A stretch of DNA of 64,000 bases from an uncultured archaeon (GCA_938083505.1 CALKCF010000001.1:44539-108538), one strand, 5' to 3'. Shown: positions 40,991 to 51,735, numbered from the stretch's first letter. The notes: a model not told the origin generated them from the sequence alone. Program-made: numbers and translations.

Positions 40991-42028
40991 CTACTTCGCC
41001 CTCTCCACCATCCTTATCCTTGGATCCAACAAAGATACTATTATGTCCACCAATATGTTTGCTATAGCAAAGACTAATCCCGTAACCATGACCACACCTA
41101 CTATGGCGTTCAGGTCCTTCCTGAGCATCGCTATTATACCATACCTTGACATTCCGGGCCAATTAAAAATCGACTCTACAAGGAATGCCCATCCTATAAG
41201 CGATGCGATGTCTAATCCCATAATAGATACGGTCGGTATCAGAGATGGCTTCATCAAGTATTTTAAAACTATTAGTCTTTCGGGTAAGCCATGTGAAACG
41301 CTTGCGAGGATGTAGTCTTTGTTCAGATTCTCGACAACACTAGCACGTGTTATTCTGGCCTCTTGTGCGATTGGCCCGAGTGCTAAAGCGAGCGATGGTA
41401 GAATAAGATGGGATAGGGCATCTACAAATGTTGAAAAGTTCCCTGTAATGAGTGAATCTATCGTGAACAAACCTGTTATTCTTGGCGGCGGCACTACGCC
41501 TGGACTAAGTCTTCCAACAACAGGTGCAATATGTAATATATATCCGAAGACTAGTAGAAATATTATTGCGAAGACGAATGCGGGAATTGTTACCCCTATA
41601 TACGCAAAACCCCTTACAAGGTTGTCAACCCAAGTGTTAGCCTTCCTACCCGCAAGCATGCCTACAGGTATGGCAATAGCTACATCGAATATGAGGGCAA
41701 AAAGTAATAACTCAAGCGTTGCAGGTAAGAACTCTGTTATGTCCGTTAAAACGTCACGTCTTGTTACTAGCGACTCACCCAAGCTACCACTGAACACGTC
41801 TCTTAACCAATAAAGATACTGAACAGGTAACGGTTCGTTAAGTCTAAGCTGTTCCCTGAGTTTTTCTATAGCCCATTCTGGAGCTCTAGGACTAAGGGCC
41901 ATCCTAGCAGGATCTCCCGGCAAGACCCTAGCTAGCGTAAATATCAGTATCGAGAGTCCTAGCAATACAAATATTGTATAACCTATTCTTTTCGCAAGGT
42001 ATGTTGCAAGTCGCAACTCCGACCACAC
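40991..42028 (-). CDS. Peptide ABC transporter permease (DppB)
   Basis: PGDPA, LPATLEL, ESIFNWPG and LDPRIR. Confidence 0.92.
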   Translation of the reverse strand: MWSELRLATYLAKRIGYTIFVLLGLSILIFTLARVLPGDPARMALSPRAPEWAIEKLREQLRLNEPLPVQYLYWLRDVFSGSLGESLVTRRDVLTDITEFLPATLELLLFALIFDVAIAIPVGMLAGRKANTWVDNLVRGFAYIGVTIPAFVFAIIFLLVFGYILHIAPVVGRLSPGVVPPPRITGLFTIDSLITGNFSTFVDALSHLILPSLALALGPIAQEARITRASVVENLNKDYILASVSHGLPERLIVLKYLMKPSLIPTVSIMGLDIASLIGWAFLVESIFNWPGMSRYGIIAMLRKDLNAIVGVVMVTGLVFAIANILVDIIVSLLDPRIRMVERAK

Positions 42029-42060
42029 TTAAAAAAATTAGGAGAGTATTTATTTTTTAA

Positions 42061-43740
42061 TCACTTAAAGAGTTCTGCTTTCTTTTCTGGGAAGACCTCA
42101 ATGAGCCTTAGGTCAAAGAAGTAGCCTAAAACTGGCACCCCTTCCCCTTTGGCAGCATACCAGTCAACGTAGTAGGAATAGTATGCCCTTCTTTCGACCA
42201 TGTCGAATAGGAACAATGATGGGCAAAGCTCAACTATACGGTGCTGCAGCTCGGCATACTTAGCAAACCTTTCTTTCATATCTAGGGTTGCTATTGCGTC
42301 CTCTATAGCAGCATCTAATTCAGGGTCGAGCAACCATTCGTTCTGCTCCCATGTGGGTGCAGACTTTGAGTGGTACCTAGATTCTAATATTGAGCCGGCC
42401 TCTAGGTAATGCGGTGCGACGAATATCGACACTATGTGCGGGCTCGTCTCCGGTCTTGCCATACCATCTATCACCGTTAACCATGGCACCTTCACGACCT
42501 TGACCTTGATTCCAATCTCCTCCATATTCTTGGCAAAGAGTAGGGCAACCTTCTCCTCGTCTGGAACTTCTGCTATCCACCAATATTCAACTTCATATTT
42601 CTCAAGCTCAGGATAGTATTTTGACTTCATGAGTTCTTCTCTAGCCTTATCTAGGTCTCTTGTGTATTGAAAAACGGTCGGGTCATGTCCTGGAACTACC
42701 GCTGATACCGGACCCTTAGCGAGTTTTGTGCCCACGAATATTTTTTCTACCACAGTATTATAGTCGAAAGCGTATGCCATTGCTTTTCTAAAGTGAATAT
42801 CATCAGTAGGTGCCTTCTTTGTGTGTATCATTAAGTAAAACATACCGCCGCTTGGTATGTAAACAATCTCTGCACCTTTAAGTTTAGCCATCTCAAGGAG
42901 GTTTTCATAAGGTTGCCACTGGTCCGTTATGTCAAGCTCACCCCTTGCAAACAATGTTCTTATCGTAACAGGTTCGCTTGTGCCGATAAATTTTACCTCA
43001 TCTGGTGCATTCGGCTTGAAGTATCCCCAGTAATCCTCAAAACGTTCAAAGATCACGTACTCTTCGAGCTTCACTTCCTTTAACTTATACGGTCCAGACC
43101 CTGCATCGTTGGTCAGTAGCCAAGCCTTCCCGTAGTCTCCAAACTCTCCATAAGGACCTGGAATCTTGATATTCTTCATAACTAAGTCTTTGTTCAGTAT
43201 GTATAACCTTACAAGCGCCATCAGGAACGGTCCGAATGTAGTTTTTAGTTTAAACTCGACGGTATAATCGTCTATTGCCCTAACGTCCTCTAAGTAGGGC
43301 GAAAGTAGGTAGGAATACCCCTCACCAATTGTTACGAATCTTTTAGTTGAGAAGACAACGTCCTCAGCCGTAAGCTCCTTACCGTCATGGAACTTTACGC
43401 CCTTTCTTAAGTAGAACGTCCAAGTGAGTCCATCCGGTGAGACATCCCATCTTTCAGCCAAATGGGGTACTACTTCACCGGTCTTTGTTGGGTAAACAAG
43501 CGTGTCATAGAGGTTCACAAAGGCGCTTGAGCTAGCCTCATCCGAACCTACTGCCGGGTCTAGTGTCGGAACATTCGCAAACGATATCGTCAGGGTTCGT
43601 TTTAGTACAGGCGTTGGGGTTGGAGTAGGTGTTGGAGTTGGTGGAATCTGCGTGGTAAGCCACACCGCGCCAATGATGATTGCGATAATCACGATCGCAA
43701 CTACGGCCGCAACAACTGAACGCTTTACCATATTTTTCAC
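42061..43740 (-). CDS. Peptide ABC transporter substrate-binding protein (family 5)
   Basis: N-terminal TM anchor, Thr-Pro linker, LDPA, LRKGVKFHDG and GSGPY. Confidence 0.92.
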   Translation of the reverse strand: MKNMVKRSVVAAVVAIVIIAIIIGAVWLTTQIPPTPTPTPTPTPVLKRTLTISFANVPTLDPAVGSDEASSSAFVNLYDTLVYPTKTGEVVPHLAERWDVSPDGLTWTFYLRKGVKFHDGKELTAEDVVFSTKRFVTIGEGYSYLLSPYLEDVRAIDDYTVEFKLKTTFGPFLMALVRLYILNKDLVMKNIKIPGPYGEFGDYGKAWLLTNDAGSGPYKLKEVKLEEYVIFERFEDYWGYFKPNAPDEVKFIGTSEPVTIRTLFARGELDITDQWQPYENLLEMAKLKGAEIVYIPSGGMFYLMIHTKKAPTDDIHFRKAMAYAFDYNTVVEKIFVGTKLAKGPVSAVVPGHDPTVFQYTRDLDKAREELMKSKYYPELEKYEVEYWWIAEVPDEEKVALLFAKNMEEIGIKVKVVKVPWLTVIDGMARPETSPHIVSIFVAPHYLEAGSILESRYHSKSAPTWEQNEWLLDPELDAAIEDAIATLDMKERFAKYAELQHRIVELCPSLFLFDMVERRAYYSYYVDWYAAKGEGVPVLGYFFDLRLIEVFPEKKAELFK

Positions 43741-43908
43741 CTAGATTTCCGGAATTTTAATAGAATTTGTCTCGTTTTACGTTTATAAATTTTTCGTAAG
43801 ATCTGAGATCGACCAAAAATTTCCATCTCTTATCTCTTTTTTTGTGTAATAGAAAAGAAAGCAAAAAATTTTAAATAGGCTATAAGAACAAAAATTAATT
43901 GATGGTGT

Positions 43909-44955
43909 ATGGTTGGAAGGTATGAATATGAATTAGGAAAAGCTGCAGATATTCTCGTTCGAGAACTTTTCAAACTTAAGCCCGATGAAACCTTTATAAT
44001 AACGGCAGACACGGAGTCCGACCCCAGAGTTGTGGACGCAACAGCCAGGGCAGCTTTCTCCGTTGGAGCTAAACCGATGGTTATATGGTTAGCCTCGCCG
44101 CTGGGTGTTGGAAAAGCGGCTGATCCAATGCTGCCGCTCAAACCCCTGACTGCTGCATTGAAAGAGGCTGATGCGTGGGTTGAGTTCAACAACCAATGGT
44201 TGCTTTACTCTACGCCATGGGACATTGCTATGGAGGAAAACAAGAAACTAAGGTATCTTTGTCTCGTCGGTATGGACACGGATATGATGATAAGATGCAT
44301 TGGTAGAGTTGACTTTCCCACTTTAAAAGAGTTTCAGACAAAAGTCGTGGAGCTGACTAGAAAAGCCAAAAGGATGAGAATAACTACACCAGCTGGAACT
44401 GATGTATCCTTTGAGAACGACCCGAATAGGCCGATACTCTTGGAGGTCGGCTACGCTGATACACCCGGAGCTCACTTCATGTCCGGTCAAATAGGGTGGT
44501 CTCCGATATTTGAAACAATCAACGGAACGATAGTCTTTGACGGGTCGCTTTCACCACCAATAGGCTTATTAAAAGAGCCGGTTAAGCTTCACATAAAAGA
44601 GAGCAAGATTGTAAAGATTGAAGGAGGCAAAGAGGCGATAGAATTCGAGGCATGGTTAAAGAGTTTTAACGACCCGAACATGTTTTACATGGCGCACGTA
44701 TGTTATGGCTTCCATCCAAATGCAAAGCTAACGGGCGCGATCCTCGAAGACGAGAGGGTTTGGGGATGTACTGAATGGGGAATCGGCAACGTAGGGCCTA
44801 TGTTAGCACCACCAAAAGGAAGATCGGCAAAGTCCCATACAGATGGGATATGTCTTAACTCTTCAGTGTGGCTCGATGATGTACAATTGCTTGACAAGGG
44901 CAAAGTGGTTCATCCAGAGCTCATAGAACTGGCTAAGAAATTGGGCAAGGCATAA
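43909..44955 (+). CDS. M29 / aminopeptidase-T-fold protein with variant metal site
   Basis: GTD..F, NGTIVFDG, AHVCYG, EDER and SHTDG. Confidence 0.72.
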   Translation: MVGRYEYELGKAADILVRELFKLKPDETFIITADTESDPRVVDATARAAFSVGAKPMVIWLASPLGVGKAADPMLPLKPLTAALKEADAWVEFNNQWLLYSTPWDIAMEENKKLRYLCLVGMDTDMMIRCIGRVDFPTLKEFQTKVVELTRKAKRMRITTPAGTDVSFENDPNRPILLEVGYADTPGAHFMSGQIGWSPIFETINGTIVFDGSLSPPIGLLKEPVKLHIKESKIVKIEGGKEAIEFEAWLKSFNDPNMFYMAHVCYGFHPNAKLTGAILEDERVWGCTEWGIGNVGPMLAPPKGRSAKSHTDGICLNSSVWLDDVQLLDKGKVVHPELIELAKKLGKA

Positions 44956-44994
44956 ATTACATACTCAATTTATAATTTTATTTGTTTGTTTTAA

Positions 44995-46047
44995 GTGGTG
45001 ATGTACTTGATCGAAGTTGAGAAGATCGAGCTAGGCGTTGTTAACATGTTTAAAGTCAACATGGGAGTTAAGCCAGGTGAAAAGATACTTGTTGTTACAG
45101 ATTTCCCGACGGCAGAAGAATGGAAGACAAAATCAAGCGATAGACTTCTGGATGCACTCAGAAGATCAATTCTGGCTAAGATGGTGAGTGAGATTGCAGT
45201 GAAGAATTTCCCCGAATGCACCGTTGAGTTTTTTGCATACCCGTCAGTCGGTAAACATGGAACTTATCCAGGAAGAGAAGTCGAGGAGAAAATGAAAGTT
45301 GCAGATGTCGTTGTCGCAATAACGACATACTCCTTAACGCATACGGATGCTCGGGTGAATGCATGTAAGGCTGGTGCAAGGGTTGCGAGTATGCCGATGT
45401 TCCTGCCTGAAATGTTCTATCCTAGCGGACCAATGGCAGCAGATTACCAGAAGATAGCTGATGAAACAAAGAAGATTGCTAAGCTACTTAGTGAGACGAA
45501 TAAAGCAAGAATCAAAACAGAAACTGGTACGGATATAACGTTTAGCTTAGAAGGTAGAGAAGGAAAGGTAGACGCAGGTATATTTAGAGAGAAAGGTTCA
45601 TGGGGCAACTTACCCTCAGGAGAGGCATACATAGCCCCACTAGAGGGGACGGCTAACGGTAAGGTCGTCGTCGAAGTAGGATGGTACCCAGACCTAAAAG
45701 AGAACATGGTTTTAACTTTTAAGGATGGTTATGTAATCGATATTTCTGGTGGCGGCGAAGTAGGCGATAGGTTCAGGAGTCTTCTGGCATTAGATAAGAC
45801 CGAACAACCCTACATCTCAAGAAGAAATTTAGCAGAGCTCGGTGTAGGAACAAATCCGTATGCAAGACGTCCGGACAACGTGTTAGAGGCAGAAAAGATA
45901 AGGGGTACTGTTCACATCGCGATCGGCGATAACTCACACATGGGTGGAAAGGTTGAATCTGACATACATGAAGACTTTATAATACCGCGTCCGACGTTAA
46001 TGCTAGACGACAAAGTCGTGATGAAAAACGGAGAGTTGTTGGTTTAA
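44995..46047 (+). CDS. M29 family aminopeptidase
   Basis: NLPSGE, AELGVGTN, EAEKIRGTVHIAIGDN and IHED. Confidence 0.85.
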   Translation: MVMYLIEVEKIELGVVNMFKVNMGVKPGEKILVVTDFPTAEEWKTKSSDRLLDALRRSILAKMVSEIAVKNFPECTVEFFAYPSVGKHGTYPGREVEEKMKVADVVVAITTYSLTHTDARVNACKAGARVASMPMFLPEMFYPSGPMAADYQKIADETKKIAKLLSETNKARIKTETGTDITFSLEGREGKVDAGIFREKGSWGNLPSGEAYIAPLEGTANGKVVVEVGWYPDLKENMVLTFKDGYVIDISGGGEVGDRFRSLLALDKTEQPYISRRNLAELGVGTNPYARRPDNVLEAEKIRGTVHIAIGDNSHMGGKVESDIHEDFIIPRPTLMLDDKVVMKNGELLV

Positions 46048-46050
46048 TTT

Positions 46051-46323
46051 TTAAACCTCTAGAATTTCACCACTTTTTTTATGCGTGTGAAGAACTATAG
46101 ATGACGTAATTGCTTTTATGCCCTCTATTTTTAGCAGATTCGTCTTTAAAATTTCTCTAAATTTTTGGATAGATTCTGTCGTTATTATTGCTATTATGTC
46201 ATAATCCCCACTAACTTCAAATACATCGGTAACCTCATGTATGTTGTTTAACAATTTACAAACATTGTCAAGCTTATTAGATTCTACGTAGATATGGAGA
46301 ATCACGGTAATCGTCATTTCCAC
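46051..46323 (-). CDS. Stand-alone Lrp/AsnC ligand-binding (RAM) domain protein
   Basis: EVSGDYDII...I.GI..TSS.VL; no HTH. Confidence 0.8.
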   Translation of the reverse strand: MEMTITVILHIYVESNKLDNVCKLLNNIHEVTDVFEVSGDYDIIAIITTESIQKFREILKTNLLKIEGIKAITSSIVLHTHKKSGEILEV

Positions 46324-46345
46324 TCAAAAATAGCGTTTTAGAATT

Positions 46346-48313
46346 GTGCTTATTAATATTAATTTAAGATATCCTTATATCTGCCCACTTATTTGTTGGC
46401 TCTTTAGCTATCTGGATTTGTTGCAAGAAAGGAAAAAAGCTGTTACGTTAAAAAGGGACATTGGCTGGCTCGAGTCATTTGCTATTGGTTATGGGGACGT
46501 AGGCGCAGACATCTTCTTAGCCTTGGGTGTTGTATTTCTCTATGCGGCAGGGGCTGCACCGTTTGCCTTCATGATTGCCGCCGTTGTTTATCTGCTTATC
46601 GGATTAACGTATGCAGAGTTAAGTTCAGTCTATCCCTATGCAGGGGGGTGTCACATCTTCGCTCTCAAAGGGTTCAACAGCTTGCTTGGGTTTATAGCAG
46701 GTTGGGCACTAATGCTGGATTATGTAATATGCATATCGCTATTCTCTCTTGCGGCCGCTGGATATCTCAAATTTCTCTTACCCGAACTCTTTACATTAAG
46801 TCTAAGCAGTCCATTTAATCTGAATATATCCTCACTAGGTTTGGTTGCGGTATTGCTTGTGTTGTCCCTTTTATTTATCAATTATATCGGCATAAAATAT
46901 TCTGCAAAATTTACGACAACGTTGGTCATATTTGGCCTAGCAGTTGAGGCGCTTATACTTTTGTTGGGTTTTTCACTGTCTTTTGATCTGAAAACTCTTT
47001 CGCATCAATTAAACATTTTTGGAAATAATAAAGTCTTACCGGACGTGGAATATTTCTTTTCTGACTCATTACAATTCAATAATTTTATCTACGGCATAAC
47101 AGTGGCAATGGCTAGCTTTATTGGAATAGAATCCATATCACAAGCGGCAGAAGAAACGAGAAAACCATACAAATGGATACCAAGAGCTGCCAAGCTCACA
47201 ATATTGGCAGTTATGTTGTCTGTCCTTCTCTTCGCATTTTTGGCCGCCGGTAGCGTAAGCTGGGAAACTATGGCAACATCTTACGAAAACTCCGTCGCGG
47301 TTTTAACTTCAAAACTTCCGGTTATAGGTCCACTTTTCTCACCAATAGTCGCCATAACTGCCTTCATACTCTGCTATGCCTCTGCCAATACGGGTGTTGT
47401 GGGTGTCTCAAGGCTCATGGCTAGCATGGGCAAATTTAGGCTCATGCCCAGATGGTTCTATAACATACATCCAGTATTTAGAACACCTACAAGGACCTTG
47501 CTAGTTTTCGGAGGCATAGGGGCACTGATAGCGTTGATAGGGAACATTCCTTTTGTGGTCAGTCTATACAACTTCGGGGGACTCCTGAGTTATATGATTT
47601 TGATGACCAGCTTCATCAAGCTTCGGATGGTTGATCATGACGTCTACCGTCCATGGAAGGTACCATTGAACATCGCTCTTAAATTTAAGGACAGGGTCAT
47701 TGAATTACCCTTAGTAGGGCTGATAGGGTTGCCTCTCACACTTCTTTTATGGACACTCGTAATAATATTGCACCCACATGGAAGACTTTTTGGTTTCATT
47801 TGGGTTGCGATAGGTCTAATGTTTTATGCATTATACCGTAAATCTCACAAACTTCCGTTGATAAGCAGGGATGAAGGATCATGGGTGGTGTCATCATCTT
47901 ATGTGATGGAGATAACGGTTTTATTAGACCCAATGGATGACTATAATGCGATTAAAAAGACGATACAGTATACATACGACAAAAGATACAAACTAAGGCT
48001 TTTAAGCGTTATAAACCACCTAGCAGAAAAGGGGCAGGACCTCAAAGAATTGCAAATATCTGTGTTAGGTGATCTCGAGAAGTTAGCAATCGAACTCAGG
48101 AGGGAAGGGGGATATGAGGTAAACTATGACGTCTTCTTTGGTGACCTCGAGGAGGCGGTCAGGCAGGAGATTTCTGTTTTTAACGTAGACTTTATACTAT
48201 ACATAAGGCACTCAGTAAAAGAAACGTTATCAGGCAAACACCGTGAGGAGATCATAAATAGGTTATCGCAGGAATATCCTGGAAGGCTTATGATAATAAG
48301 AAGGATTGAGTGA
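46346..48313 (+). CDS. APC-family amino acid permease with C-terminal USP-like domain (true start probably ~46420)
   Basis: YAEL...P.AGG, GIESISQAAEE, SR..MG and FRTP, plus a soluble C-terminus. Confidence 0.85.
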   Translation: MLININLRYPYICPLICWLFSYLDLLQERKKAVTLKRDIGWLESFAIGYGDVGADIFLALGVVFLYAAGAAPFAFMIAAVVYLLIGLTYAELSSVYPYAGGCHIFALKGFNSLLGFIAGWALMLDYVICISLFSLAAAGYLKFLLPELFTLSLSSPFNLNISSLGLVAVLLVLSLLFINYIGIKYSAKFTTTLVIFGLAVEALILLLGFSLSFDLKTLSHQLNIFGNNKVLPDVEYFFSDSLQFNNFIYGITVAMASFIGIESISQAAEETRKPYKWIPRAAKLTILAVMLSVLLFAFLAAGSVSWETMATSYENSVAVLTSKLPVIGPLFSPIVAITAFILCYASANTGVVGVSRLMASMGKFRLMPRWFYNIHPVFRTPTRTLLVFGGIGALIALIGNIPFVVSLYNFGGLLSYMILMTSFIKLRMVDHDVYRPWKVPLNIALKFKDRVIELPLVGLIGLPLTLLLWTLVIILHPHGRLFGFIWVAIGLMFYALYRKSHKLPLISRDEGSWVVSSSYVMEITVLLDPMDDYNAIKKTIQYTYDKRYKLRLLSVINHLAEKGQDLKELQISVLGDLEKLAIELRREGGYEVNYDVFFGDLEEAVRQEISVFNVDFILYIRHSVKETLSGKHREEIINRLSQEYPGRLMIIRRIE

Positions 48314-48818
48314 TCATACGATTAACTCCAACGCGTAGGGATTTCTCTGATGACTTGAAGTAAAGCGGCAAAAGTGTTAAAGACTTAGCTGTGAATGTGA
48401 GGTTAGAGTATATCTTTGCTAAAGGTTTTACCTTAACTGACCTATTTATGAACGCTGTTCCAGGACTCAGCTCTCCAGAAAAGATCTTCTTTGCAACGTC
48501 ATACGTACTTTCTACTATGTAGTCGGGGACTGGCGTCCTCAGGCATTTCTCTAGTAACGAGAAAACGTTTAGTCAAACCTTTGTCTAGCTCTATATAAAT
48601 TGTTAAAGTTTTACCAAACTTCTCCTTCATTATATCTGGCAAATCTCTTATCACATATGCTACGCTGAGACTAAAGCCTGACGCTAAGGACATAATTTCT
48701 GTATTATTTAACTTTTAACTTTGCCTTTTCGATTGCTGCGACAGCTTTACGAATCCAGCCCTCTGATAAGAAGTACTCTGCCACCAACGTCATTAAGTAT
48801 GCATGATTTCATATCTCT

Positions 48819-48845
48819 TTTAAATGTAACGCCGTTACGTTTAAA
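48819..48845. promoter_or_regulatory. Imperfect palindrome TTTAAATGTAACG-C-CGTTACGTTTAAA
   Basis: 12 of 13 arm positions complementary; upstream of the hemerythrin pseudogene. Confidence 0.45.
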
Positions 48846-48883
48846 TACGGGTTAAATTAAGTTCTTACCATACGAGTGGAGAG

Positions 48884-49368
48884 TTGGATCCCATTAAAGA
48901 ACTAAGAGAAGATCATAAAAAGTGAAGGACTATGTGTTGGAATTAATTAAAGCACTTAATAAAAAAGACGTGCAGAAGTCTCTTGAACTTCTGATATTGC
49001 TCGACAAACTTGGAGGGCCGCACTTCAGATTCGAAGAGGAAACATTATACCCGATCCTAAAAAAGTTCTTTGGAGAAAAATATTACCAATATTTGCTGAA
49101 GGTCCATGACAGGGTTATCGCTAATGCTAAAAAAATCGTTGAAATTGTAGGTAAGGGATACATCACAGAAGATGAGGCAAGAATGCTAATAAGTATGGTT
49201 AGATCGGAGATTTTGCCACATCCCATAGAATGTGAAGGTTTAACGTTATTAATGGGCAGGTTATCGGAAGAAGAACTTTAGGACTATTGCGAAAACATTG
49301 AACAAAGTAGAAATGAGGGCATTCCCTTGCTTGAGTGGGCTGAGACAATTAGGGGTAAAAAGGTATAG
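48884..49368 (+). pseudogene. Hemerythrin-like domain protein, disrupted
   Basis: TTG-DPIKELREDHKK then a frameshift in the A-run at ~48917-48921; HF..EE..LYP and H motifs; TAG at 49279, with the reading frame continuing as ...GIPLLEWAETIRGKKV*. Confidence 0.72.
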
Positions 49369-49373
49369 CTAAA

Positions 49374-49657
49374 ATGGAAAAGCTTGTGATAATGATAAAC
49401 ACGACATCCTTCGAGAGGGTTGCTTATGCATTGTCTTTTGCAATCATAGCGGCTGCGCGTGGCACTGAAGTTTTTGACTCTTTACGTTTGGAAGTTTGTA
49501 CAGGTTAATTAAAGGAAAGTGTGATTTATTAGACGTTGAGACGGATCCTTCTATAAGATAATGAAATAGAATCCGGATAGAAGAGGTTGACAGAGTACTG
49601 GGTCTGGCTGCATTTCTTGAATTAGTAGATGATGTCTCAGCAATTATTTATATTTAA
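49374..49657 (+). pseudogene. DsrE2/DsrF-like sulfur-transfer protein, frameshifted and internally deleted
   Basis: MEKLVIMI..SFERVAYAL..AAARGTEV, then another frame LFTFGSLYRL, then tail EVDRVLGLAAFLELVDD.SAIIYI*. Confidence 0.62.
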
Positions 49658-49670
49658 CTTTCTTTAATCT

Positions 49671-50009
49671 TTAATCTTTTTTATTTAGCGTACCATGTTT
49701 ATCTGATTTAAGTATTTGACATATCTCACAAATAATATTAGTTATAGATTCACTTGTGGCCTCATTTTTAACAACCGTGCTAGCCGCGCGGCTTATTAAT
49801 TCACGGATAACAGGGTTTATTCTCAATTGTTTTATCATTTTAGAGCCGCGCCTTGCGGAGAGGTACTGACTTATTGCTGGTCTTGTAATTCCGATAATCT
49901 TTGCCGCCTCTGTTTGGGATAGTGCATATTTATCAATAAGCTCTTTAGCTATAAGTGCGCGCACGGAGGGCATTACCTCAAGAACAAATTTTTCACATGG
50001 TGACTTCAA
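49671..50009 (-). CDS. HTH transcriptional regulator (COG2522-like)
   Basis: SPCE...PSVRALIAKEL, SQTEAA..GIT.PAISQYL..RRG and C-terminal CxxC. Confidence 0.82.
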   Translation of the reverse strand: MKSPCEKFVLEVMPSVRALIAKELIDKYALSQTEAAKIIGITRPAISQYLSARRGSKMIKQLRINPVIRELISRAASTVVKNEATSESITNIICEICQILKSDKHGTLNKKD

Positions 50010-50053
50010 CTTAAGACCTCAATACAAACACTAAGTTATGGGTAAATATAAAT

Positions 50054-51151
50054 TTACACCTTAGCTGGAGAGAGGGAAAAATTTTTGACCAATTCTTCGT
50101 AAAGTTCTAAAACTGTATTCTCATCGTAGATTCCGGAGTTTGATGCAGCTTTGACTACAACAACTCCGCCCTTCAAGAACGTTATCGTTACACCTTTTTC
50201 GTACTCAAATGTTATTCCCAGCCTTGTCCTTTTCTTTAGATTTATGCTGTTTTGGATGAGCAGATATTCAATATGATTCAAATCAATCTCCGAGGTTATC
50301 GTTATCACGAATACGCCCTTACCATCCCTTCCACAGAGCCCACTCACGAGTTTCTCATTAAGCGATCTTAAGGCAACTTTGCCACTTCCACATACAGGAC
50401 AAGTGGGTACTTTAGCAATTTCCACAAAGTCAAAAGACATTTTGTCAATGTTAATATAAAGTAGACGATTCTTTAGCAACGGGTTTTTGTTCAGCAGAAC
50501 CCTTACTGCCTCTGATATCTGCACCCCAGATATAATGTCTATAAGTGGAGGGAATACACCGACGGTAGCACACTTAGGGAGATCTTCATCCTGAAGACCG
50601 AAATAAAAGCATTCAAGACAGGCTGTCTCATTAGGTAAAATTGTTGAAGTTACTCCAATTGTTTCTATCGCAGCAGCAAATATATACGGAATCTTTAACT
50701 TCACAATTGCTCTATTTACTATATACCTTGTTTCAATGTTGTCGAGGCCATCGATTACTATGTCAACGTCTTCCAGTAACTTTTCGACGTTTTTTGATGA
50801 GATGCTTGTTGCAATTGCATCAACCTTTACGTTAGGATTTAAGGAATTTATTCTTTCCTCTAAAACTTCAACTTTTGGCACATCTACGAAATTTTCTTCA
50901 TAGAATCTCTGTCTGTGTAAATCCGACAAGGATACTACATCCCTATCTACTATTCGAATGTAACCTACACCCATAGCCGCCAGTGTAATGGCGGCAGGCG
51001 AGCCCAGTCCTCCAGCTCCCATTATACAAACTCTGCTGGATTTCAGTTTGATCTGACCAGTGTAACCGATGTAATTGAGTACGATTTGTCTTGAGTACCT
51101 CTCCAATTCTTTATCGTTAAGTTCTTCTACTTTCACAAATGGTAGTAACAA
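50054..51151 (-). CDS. ThiF/MoeB/UbaA E1-like adenylyltransferase
   Basis: RYSRQ, GAGGLG, DRD.V..SDLHRQ, CLEC and CPVC. Confidence 0.9.
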   Translation of the reverse strand: MLLPFVKVEELNDKELERYSRQIVLNYIGYTGQIKLKSSRVCIMGAGGLGSPAAITLAAMGVGYIRIVDRDVVSLSDLHRQRFYEENFVDVPKVEVLEERINSLNPNVKVDAIATSISSKNVEKLLEDVDIVIDGLDNIETRYIVNRAIVKLKIPYIFAAAIETIGVTSTILPNETACLECFYFGLQDEDLPKCATVGVFPPLIDIISGVQISEAVRVLLNKNPLLKNRLLYINIDKMSFDFVEIAKVPTCPVCGSGKVALRSLNEKLVSGLCGRDGKGVFVITITSEIDLNHIEYLLIQNSINLKKRTRLGITFEYEKGVTITFLKGGVVVVKAASNSGIYDENTVLELYEELVKNFSLSPAKV

Positions 51152-51191
51152 CGTTAACTATATAAAGGTGTCGTTAATTTAATGATTAACG

Positions 51192-51437
51192 ATGTTAAAA
51201 CAGCACATAATTGTGGACGCCCGTTTCAAGTCTTGTCCCGGTCCCTTGATAAGTCATATTGAGACGAGCAAGTAAGCCAAACCAGGTCAAGTAATAAAAC
51301 TGCTCACAACCAACCCAGCATCATCCGTAGACGTTAAAGTTTGGATTAAGACTACAAAGTACAGGGTGTTAGAAGTGAGGAAAGAAGAGAACGCTTATGA
51401 GATCTACGTAGAAGTATTGGGTGATGACTCTGGCTAG
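51192..51437 (+). pseudogene. tusA: TusA/SirA sulfur carrier with in-frame TAA at 51273
   Basis: MLKQHIIVDARFKSCPGPLISHIETSK*AKPGQVIKLLTTNPASSVDVKVW...YEIYVEV; CPGP motif. Confidence 0.82.
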
Positions 51438-51445
51438 CGATGTGC

Positions 51446-51735
51446 ATGGTAGGTATAAGAGAGCTGTTAGAGACGCACGGGGAAACCTGCTACAGAAGTA
51501 TACTTAGACTCTGAAAATTCAGGCATAATTTTCCCTGAAGCCTTGAAGTCAATGATTGATGCGTACAAAGAATCTTTTGCTGGTCATCCATCAATCACTC
51601 ACAGGCGTGGTTGGGAATCCTATGAGATATTCTATAAGACGTCCTTAACCACAGCTAAGTTTATAAACTATAAACCTAATGAATTAGTTTTTACACATAA
51701 TGGTACGGAGGCAAACAATTTAGCGATACTTTTTA
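51446..51735 (+). pseudogene. Cysteine desulfurase (IscS/NifS) 5' fragment, frameshifted and truncated
   Basis: EVYLDSENS, GHPS..H..G and ELVFTHNGTEANNLAI; similarity stops at ~51735 and the PLP-Lys region is absent. Confidence 0.75.

Noticed and set aside
43608-43645. Short tandem repeat in the ABC binding-protein gene
   Set aside because: Encodes an ordinary Thr-Pro linker.
48330-48812. Minus-strand remnant (MKSCIL...RGLDS*, ORF 48499-48693) as a QueC/PP-loop pseudogene
   Set aside because: Only a GLDS-like fragment; too degraded to assign.
49279-49281. In-frame TAG in the hemerythrin-like gene as pyrrolysine or readthrough
   Set aside because: The gene has another frameshift, its neighbours are also pseudogenes, and no pyl genes are in the window.
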